This document shows, in pieces, positions 1 to 64,000 of a stretch of 64,000 bases of DNA. Source of the DNA: the human T2T-CHM13v2.0 reference genome, Homo sapiens. Made by a program: the position numbers and the translations under genes. How positions within the stretch are numbered: the stretch's first letter is position 1; each line of letters begins with the position of its first letter. Location: the NCBI RefSeq assembly GCF_009914755.1, contig NC_060927.1; one strand, 5' to 3'. The notes beneath the pieces were generated by a model, which worked only from the letters and a program-made list of their open reading frames with translations, made no database searches and was not told the origin of the DNA.

Positions 1-779
1 AAGACTGCTAAAACTGTGAAACAACAGCCATTAGTTACTACTTTAAATTTTACCAATCGGTACATATATACAAAAGATACAGGTCTATAATATCTTAAGA
101 TGCAATTTAAAGTGAAATAATAAAGCGGAAATACTTAGAATTTAATGTAAGTTTAAAGACTTTACTATCTCTGTGTTAGCTAACTTTTTTCACCAGTTCT
201 AAGTGAACACATAGAGTAATTGATTTTTAGAAAACAAAACAAAATTACATACCTGAAAGACTAATTCTCACATTTTGGAGCAAATTATTGTATTATTACC
301 TGCAAGAATACATGATAGACAATGTATAAACAATGTTTAGACATCTATTAACACAATGTTTCAGAAAAAAATTGAAATTGTAAGAGAAAGTAAAAAAAAT
401 TAAAACCTTAATTCTTATTCTATTTCTGTAAACTTTGAAATGAATAAATATTCTGTTTAAATGAGAAGCATCTTACGCCTTTGTCTTCTGCTTGAACCAA
501 ACTCACATTTGTAAATTTCAGTTAAAATGGTGGCCTTTATTCTTTTGTTCTTTATTATTTCTTTCCTCTATCTTGCTGGAACTATCCATCTTCTATTAGT
601 GTGAAAACTTTGAAGATGAAAAGCTATTTCACCGGAAAAATCATTGATGTATTTGTGATCCTTAATAATGACTCAAATGGGAATAGATATCTAATATGAG
701 GAACTGAGTAAAAAAGAACCACTTTTTAAATAAAATTAACTAAATGAAGTTATTGTCTTAGCCATTAACACTCATCAGT

Positions 780-1228
780 CATATACACCATGGAATACTA
801 CACAGCCATATAAAGAACAAAATTGTGTCCTTGCAGCAACATGGATGCACCTGGAGGTCATTATTCTAAGCAAATTAACTCAGGACCAGAAAACCAAATA
901 CCACATGTTCTCATTTAGAAGTGGAAGTCCAACACTGAATACACACGGACATAAAGATAAGAATAATAGAATATTATGGACATAAAGATAAGAATAATAG
1001 AATATTATGGACATAAAGATAAGAATAATAGAATAATTGTGGACTACTAGATGGGGGAGGGTAAGAAGGAGTGAGGATTGAAAAACTACCTATCGGGTGC
1101 TATGCTCATTACCTGAGTGATGGAATCATGTATACACCAAGATTCAGTGGCACTCAATTTACCTATGTAACAAACCTGCAAAGTTACCTCCTGAATCTAA
1201 AATAGAAGTTGAGAATAAAAAAGAAAAA
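780..1228 (+). mobile_element. 5'-truncated old primate L1 3' end (L1PA15-17/L1PB-like)
   Basis: catggaatactacacagccata...accaaataccacatgttctca...atgtaacaaacctgca...A-rich tail are L1 ORF2-end/3'UTR landmarks. Confidence 0.85.
947..1044 (+). repeat. 31-bp tandem repeat, about 3 copies, inside the L1 3'UTR
   Basis: ggacataaagataagaataatagaatattat starts at 947 and 978; a slightly diverged copy starts at 1009. Confidence 0.95.
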
Positions 1229-1511
1229 CCACTCATGTGTATAATATCATACCTTCCAAGTAAAACTTCCTCTGACTTAGGATTTTTTGGAATAGTCTGT
1301 GGTTTACAATAGAGTATATATTCGCTGTCCTTTATTTTACATACAAAGAGGAAAAACTAATTTCATTCATGCGGAGTTATGAGAGAACAGTTTCATAAGG
1401 AGGAAACATACTGCCAAACCAAAAAAAAAAAAAAAAAAAGAAGGTATTTAATTTGTTCTGTTGAAATTTTAGAGTTTGTGAACTAACATGTTATTCTGTT
1501 TGTGTTTTTAG

Positions 1512-1605
1512 TTTCCAGGTTAACTAAGGTCTCAGCTGTAAACCAAAAGTGAGAGGAGACATTAAGATTTTCATTCTTACCGGGTTGTCTTCTTCCTGAA
1601 GAGCA
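1512..1605 (+). other. CHL1: 5' UTR portion of first coding exon (exon 3)
   Basis: Acceptor tgtgtttttag ends at 1511, with branch-point-like ACTAAC at 1482-1487. No upstream ATG. Strong Kozak context gcaATGG. Confidence 0.8.
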
Positions 1606-59785
<58,180 letters not shown>

Positions 59786-60379
59786 GTAAGTGCACTAACT
59801 AATGAGAAATCTGTTCATTTCTTCATTTCTGATTAAATCCCATCGTTCCTGGCCAATAAAGCTAATGATTCTTTGAGCCCCTGCACATATATTGTTAGTT
59901 TCAAATTTTTGTTTAAAAAGCAACACAACTTCAAATCCTTTCTCCTTTTTTCATATAAAAGAAATTAATTAATGCTTAATTTTTTTTCCCTACATGTGTT
60001 AATTTGCCAATAGCAGTGGGAGGTAAGTGATGCTATCCGCAGAAAGAAAAATAAAGCACGCTTGAGTTCCTAGCACTCTTGAGCTACTCTTTCCTGGTGT
60101 ACAAAGAAATGGGGCTGAGGAATGGAGGTGGGCTAGACTGGAGGATCTCGATAGGGGTCAAGAGGTGGATGCACGGTGGTCATCTCTAAACCAAAGGCAC
60201 AGACTGAGTTCCCAGGGTTCCAGGAAGGATGGAGAGGAACTTCCAGCATTCTACAAAGGAATGTCTTTGATTTTTGTCGTTGTTGTTGTTGATGAAAGTA
60301 CTAATCAGGAAACAGTGTGCACACTTCACTAGTATAATCAATGCAATTACTCCTGAAATCACCAATGTTTAAAGCTCTT

Positions 60380-60803
60380 AGACCATCTGCTGGATGTTTT
60401 CCAAAATTTCCCTTCCAGATTCACTCTCTACCAGCTCTTTGACCTAGAAAGGTTGCTTTTAAGGACAACATCAGCAAACCACTTTCCTTCCAGCTATTAT
60501 TTGGTTCAGCAAGTGGAGGGCCGTTTGGAGTGTTGTACTGATTCTCCCTACTCCATCCCTGTGGACTGGCTGTGTCCCACTGCCAAAGTCATGGCTTCTG
60601 CAGACAGGGTCTCCTCACACCATTCCTTCTGATGAGGCTCTAGCAGCTGCATCCCACCACCAATATTTCAAGTCTCTCTCACACCCAACCTACTGAACAT
60701 CCTGCCCACATCTTTTTAAAGACGTTTTATTAAAACGTTTTGGAACTATCGTAAATTTGTGTGAGTTATTCATTGATTTTCTGCAGGGACCCTAACAGCT
60801 ACA
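60380..60803 (+). mobile_element. Old ERVL LTR (LTR33-like)
   Basis: 3' end tttattaaaac...aaatttgtgtgag...ttttctgcagggaccctaacagctaca. Confidence 0.5.
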
Positions 60804-62844
60804 GACATTTGTTCTGTTTCGGTGGCCACCATGTAGTCTTTCTTTTAGTTTGCAGACATTCCTTAAAAGTGTTGGTTTTGCCTACCCTTCTTTATCATAT
60901 GTCTACATTAATCACTGTTATCAACAGACCTTTGTGTCTTTAGCACTCCAGCTGTTGGGGCCACCTGTTAGGTTCCAAACAAGGGAGGTGGTGGTACAGA
61001 CCAAGGGAGAAAGTTCAGTCTCTTCTGAGAGACTGATAAAAAAATGGGTCAACAGGCTGGATCCCTTCAAGTAAAGCAAATGGCCAACCTGTCTCGGGCG
61101 AAACAAATGGCCATCAAGGTTGGGTTCTAAAATAAAAGAACAGTTTCCACTTACAGAAGGTATGGACTTGTAGAGTTGTCGAGTCGGCTCAGTAGAATTG
61201 TACCTTTAGGCAGAATGTTTGGCCATTGGGTATTTGAGCATTTTCAGGTCTTTACAAGCAGAAAGGTTTAATCCCCTAGGATGATTTCAACAATAATTCA
61301 TCAGATAAAGTAGTCGAGCTTCAGATAAACTGGAATTCATCCCAGGCCTAGTGAGTAGAGGGGTAAGTGTCAGGCTCCGTGCGCTTTGTCCCTAAGTATT
61401 TTGAGCAGTCTCAGCCACCAAAAGGACCGGGTCTCCTACTGCTTGGTGCTCCCCTTCTCAATTTCCTTACAAAATTTAAAAGTTCATTCTTGCGATTAGG
61501 CTGCCATTTTTGGAACTATTAATTTTTTTAATTCTACATAAATTTTACCTACGATTATATGTACTGGTTATATATGCAGTAATCTACCAGTGTTTACAGA
61601 ATAAAAATAAAAATAAATTTTGGAGAATATTATGTTTAAAATTTACATTCTTTTATTTTTTAGACAAACTTCTGATTTACCAAAGCATCTCTCGACAATT
61701 GACAATAAAAAAATAATTATATAGACACATACGAGGTTTCTAAAAGACTATGTTTTACCCCCTGGAAAACAATTTTTTAAAGTACATACTTGACCCCCTT
61801 TAATCAAAAGTTATTTTTAAAAGCCTTGACATAAACATGCTTTCAGGATATCATTTTTTAAAAGTTTCAGTTGCAAGTTCATCAGTTCTAGCTCCATACG
61901 ATTCTCAGAAGAGCCAGATTTTAATATCAGATGCAATACACAGCCTTAGTTTATTCCAGGAAGCTTCAGAAATCAGTGGACTCAGTAAATACTGAAGAGA
62001 AACCAAAGTCCTCTGAGCTCAGAGATTCTGAAACCTGTTGAAGAATTAACTTTTTATTTATGGCTTTAATGTTTGGACACAGTCATGAACCACATTTTTT
62101 AAAAAACATGTTCTCTCTTCTGAATTGGAAACGATGCTTTTTGTCAATGTAAATTTCTAACAATTAGCAAATATTCAGGAGGAGCAATGGACGGTGCTTT
62201 CCACTTGGAGAAGAAAGAGCCCATTGAAAGGCTACATTAGATAATATCTTCCTTTTCTCTTCTGCTAAAAGATAAAAGTCCTCCAATGCTTGAGAGAATT
62301 CAAACCCAATTTTCAGAGTAAATACCATTAGAAATAAGATTTCTTTTTACTGTTGCTTTATTTTCAAAGTACCAGAAATTTTCATTTTCTTTAGTACTCA
62401 AAAATTTGTGATCATTTACTTACTTAATTTTCCAGTTTCTGTCACAACATTTAACAATGCCAAATCTCCCTGTTCTGATATAAACTGCCTTCCTACTCTT
62501 TTTGAGAACTCCAGGTTAAGACGGTATCAAAGTTGCTATAATGAAAATTCATTGTTATCAATAATGATAAAAATCCAACACAGTTGCAGAAAAGAAAGCA
62601 GAGCTCATGATCTCTTTTTCTATAACCATAAGACCTAATGTTTATTGCTTTAATATAATAATTATACACATGATTGAAGTAATAATATCTTTTTCACTGA
62701 TTTATTTAGTTATAAAACATTTATGTGTGAGGCACTGTGGGCAATGCAAAGCTTAATAAAATATGACCCCTATTCTTGGAGATGAATCAGGCATATAAAC
62801 AAATATGTACTGGACAAACAGAAATGATTCATTTGAGATACATC

Positions 62845-63020
62845 ATGTTTCCCAGACTTGGGTATACCTAATCCCCATCCAAGGAACTTGTTTGCAAATG
62901 CGGATTCCTGGGCCCACCTTCCTCAGTAAGCCAGAAATAGGGCCTAGGAATTTTCATTGTTATTAACTACTCCTAAAAGAATTCTGATGTCCCTGGTCAA
63001 GGATAACCCCTTGAGACTGT
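62845..63020. mobile_element. MER5-type hAT MITE
   Basis: ggaacttgtttgcaaatgcggattcctgggcccacc...gggcctaggaattttcattg...attctgatg. Confidence 0.7.
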
Positions 63021-63151
63021 AATCAGAGAAGAGGGAGGTAATATGGTCCATTGGGGAGTACATGTGGAGATGCTGCATTTTACAAAGAACCCCAGACCCC
63101 AGAGCCTGATGCGATTGAACACAGTGGAGACATGGGCCCAGAAAAGAAGGG

Positions 63152-63940
63152 TTTTTATGGAACCAAACTGGGGTCCACCAACCCAGTGCAGTAAGACCAG
63201 GTATCTATACTGAGGTTTGCAGTGGGAGAAAGGAAGACACTTATCTGCAGGGCACCAAACAAGAACTGGTCAGCTCATGCTTAAGTCCCAACCTCCCCAG
63301 TGGCTTGCAGGTGAAGGTATTTAAAAGCAGGAGTAAATTTCAGGAGAGCAAATGCTATAGGCAAAATAGTAAATTAGTACATTGAGGTTACACATTGCTT
63401 TATGCCTAAAAGGGTGAGGTATCTTGAACTGGAGTTGGGGCATGGCTTACAGGTCATAGGTGGATTCAAAGATTTTCTGATTTGCAATTGGTTAAGGAAG
63501 AGAAGCTTTGTTTAAAAATTGGGAGTCAGCCAAAAAGAATATTAGCTCTGGCTCATGGATGTGGCTCCCTTTAGGCCCTCAGGAAGAAATTTACAAAAAA
63601 TGATGGTCAGAACTCAGACTTCAGTTTCCCCTTATCTGAGGTCTCCATGCCAGCAAAGTTATTTGGTGAGAGTCTGGGTTCCAGAAAAACAACTTAGAGA
63701 CATATATTAAGATGTTATCTTCAGTTTCTATAGGAGAACCAAACATCCCTGTGATTCCAGCTTCCTTGGCTATTGTTTAAAGCTACTATTACCTCCGTTC
63801 TTATCAAGTTGTTTATTTACTTCTTAGGGCTAGCTAGGTGCCTGAATTACCCTTGAAACTCCACCTTTCCCTTCCATATGTGGGGTGGGGGGCGGGGGTG
63901 CTTCCCAGGTCCCTAAGAGGGTGGTACCTCCTCTGTCTCC
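63152..63940 (-). mobile_element. ERV1 (MER4-group, MER31/LTR48-like) solo LTR
   Basis: gaaccaaactggggtcc...gaggtttgcagtgggagaaagga...cagctcatgcttaag...ggcttacaggtcataggtggattcaaagattttctgatt. Family and orientation from recalled consensus. Confidence 0.7.
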
Positions 63941-64000
63941 GGGTAGCTGGCAATGTGTCTGAGGAAGGGAATCAGGTAAACAAAGGCAATTATCTACATT

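Noticed and set aside
947-1044. CRISPR-like appearance of 31-bp repeats
   Set aside because: Head-to-tail copies with no spacers, in primate DNA inside an L1.

Overview
Primate, almost certainly human, genomic DNA lying entirely within CHL1 (close homolog of L1, an L1-family neural cell-adhesion molecule) on the + strand. I traced 14 consecutive coding exons with GT-AG boundaries, from the ATG at 1606 to 59785. They splice into one open frame of 1876 nt (625 codons plus 1 nt) encoding the signal peptide and all six Ig domains, including a 48-nt cassette between Ig2 and Ig3. The fibronectin, transmembrane and cytoplasmic exons lie beyond the window. Exon numbers follow my recollection of RefSeq numbering (ATG in exon 3). 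The introns carry the usual primate repeats: Alu/FAM/FRAM/FLAM, old and young L1 including a full-length antisense L1PA8-like element and a 5'-inverted L1PA2/3, MIR, L2, Charlie1, MER5, and MaLR/ERV LTRs. Repeat subfamily calls were made by eye. Almost all listed ORFs are repeat-derived or chance. I found no new gene or wholly new system. The best leads are RNA-level: an identical CTAACTAAT QKI/branch-point motif bracketing the two Ig6 exons; two inverted-repeat pairs (Alu-Alu and L1-L1) around exons 12/13-15; a gene-breaking layout in intron 15; an antisense poly(A) signal overlapping the weak exon-14 donor; and a three-arm hairpin switch in the intron before the cassette exon. All of these are hypotheses.
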